Positions 49,030 to 50,242 of a stretch of DNA of 50,242 nt are shown here, piece after piece. The translations under genes were made by a program, and so were the position numbers. Source of the stretch: Altererythrobacter sp. (GTDB taxonomy: Bacteria; Pseudomonadota; Alphaproteobacteria; Sphingomonadales; Sphingomonadaceae); NCBI GenBank assembly GCA_013002295.1, contig JABDKI010000225.1, positions 1-50,242 on the forward strand. Direction: 5' to 3'. The number at the start of each line of letters is the position of its first letter. Position 1 is the stretch's first letter. The notes beneath the pieces were generated by a model. It did no database searches, was not told the DNA's origin, and worked only from the letters and a program-made list of their open reading frames with translations.

Positions 49030-50025
49030 ATGCCACATATCAACCGTCGCTCATTGCTGGCCGGAGCTGCTGCAACCGGGAGCATTGTTGCAACCGCAAG
49101 TGTTGCGCAGCCCGATCAGATTGCTCCTGGTCAAGATATGTCTGGCAAGAGCGTCCTCATCACGGGTTGTTCCTCCGGTTTTGGCCGTTTGATGGCGGAA
49201 GATTTTGCGCGAAAAGGTGCAATGGTTTTTGCGACCATGCGCAACTTACCGCGCCCAGAGGCTGACGAGTTAGAGGCGCTTGCCGATCAAGAGAATCTCG
49301 ATCTGCATGTGATCGAAATCGATGTGATGTCAGATGAACAGGTGGCAGCTGGCGTTGCCAAGGCCGAAGATATGGCTGGCGGCGCAATCGACGTGCTGAT
49401 CAACAATGCGGGCATTGGCTATGCAGGCCCGATCGAGCTGCAGGATATGCAGGCGACGCAGTTGATCTTCGCCACAAATGTTTATGGCCCGCACCGCATG
49501 TCACGCGCGGCACTGCCAGCCATGCGCCGCGCCAAGAGCGGCTTGATCTTCAACATCTCCTCTCAGCTAGGGCGCGTAATCGTTCCATCAGCAGGGCATT
49601 ACTCTCCAACCAAATTTGCACTGGAAGCGATGAGCGAAGCCATGGCTTACGAGTTGGTCCCGCACGGCGTAGGGGTATGCGTGATCGAGCCGGGCGGTTA
49701 CCCAACCAAGGTCTGGGTCAACCGTAACAAACTCGCCAGTGAACTTAAGGAACGCCTCAACTTCGATGAGCGCGCCGCCTATCCGCAACTGGTTGCACGC
49801 ATGGGGCAGGAAGATGGCACTCGCCGCACTGCGGACCCGATGGATGTACCCAATGCCATTGCTGAAATCATCGCCAAGCCTGCTGGCACCCGCCCGCTGC
49901 GAAGGGCGGTTCATCCGGGTAGCAAACCGCAGATCGCGATCAATGATCTAACCGCGAAGGTTCAGGTCGATTGGCTGGGAGAGACCGCCTTCGGTCCCTG
50001 GATCAAGGACGTTCACAACGTCTGA
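49030..50025 (+). CDS. SDR family oxidoreductase with twin-arginine signal peptide
   Basis: NRRSLL plus hydrophobic stretch; TGCSSGFG, NNAG and YSPTK motifs; ATG 49030 after AAGGAG. Confidence 0.88.
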   Translation: MPHINRRSLLAGAAATGSIVATASVAQPDQIAPGQDMSGKSVLITGCSSGFGRLMAEDFARKGAMVFATMRNLPRPEADELEALADQENLDLHVIEIDVMSDEQVAAGVAKAEDMAGGAIDVLINNAGIGYAGPIELQDMQATQLIFATNVYGPHRMSRAALPAMRRAKSGLIFNISSQLGRVIVPSAGHYSPTKFALEAMSEAMAYELVPHGVGVCVIEPGGYPTKVWVNRNKLASELKERLNFDERAAYPQLVARMGQEDGTRRTADPMDVPNAIAEIIAKPAGTRPLRRAVHPGSKPQIAINDLTAKVQVDWLGETAFGPWIKDVHNV

Positions 50026-50033
50026 TCATTCAA

Positions 50034-50242
50034 CTACCCGATCGGGCTTCCCGGTGGCACCCTGGGCAAGAGATTTTCGTCATTGATGGCTATGTCCAGC
50101 GCTTCACGATCACTCAGCAACGCGCCCAGCCCCCTGGCCCAATCGCCCTGCGCACCACGTTTGCGGCTTTCGCTCAGCTCCGCCGCCCACGTCGAAAGCC
50201 GTCCATCGATTTGCAGCCCGATCGAGCGGGATAGTGTCTGTT
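50034..50242 (-). CDS. 3' end of a protein entering from the right edge, probably a zinc-dependent metalloprotease (DUF5117/DUF4953-type)
   Basis: Not in the ORF track. Open frame QTLSRSIG...LLPRVPPGSPIG* with stop at 50034; family guess rests only on the PPGSPIG terminus. Confidence 0.55.
   Translation of the reverse strand, partial: QTLSRSIGLQIDGRLSTWAAELSESRKRGAQGDWARGLGALLSDREALDIAINDENLLPRVPPGSPIG

Overview
GC-rich alphaproteobacterial chromosomal segment, most consistent with Sphingomonadales/Erythrobacteraceae (inferred from gene order and protein features). It is mostly core genome: radA, dnaK-dnaJ, hrcA-grpE, rph-rdgB, hemW-xerC, gshB-yraN-rsmI, parE, tyrS, cysK, a LiuR-like regulator with an acyl-CoA dehydrogenase, hisI, comF, glyQ-glyS-ppdK, rplY and pth. 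Small accessory genes sit between core neighbours. I found no rRNA, tRNA, CRISPR array, IS element or prophage, and no clear-cut large novel multi-gene system. The best leads are: (1) a candidate ~110-nt + strand sRNA between hisI and comF (three-way junction plus terminator); (2) an orphan indoleamine 2,3-dioxygenase next to a GNAT acetyltransferase between dnaK and grpE; (3) yraN frameshifted by an 8-bp duplication, beside a REP-like inverted repeat upstream of gshB; (4) a structured leader upstream of rplY; (5) an SDR oxidoreductase with a twin-arginine signal; (6) a soluble chemoreceptor with a C-terminal extra domain splitting a MoxR-VWA pair. All calls come from reading motifs by eye; no database searches were run.
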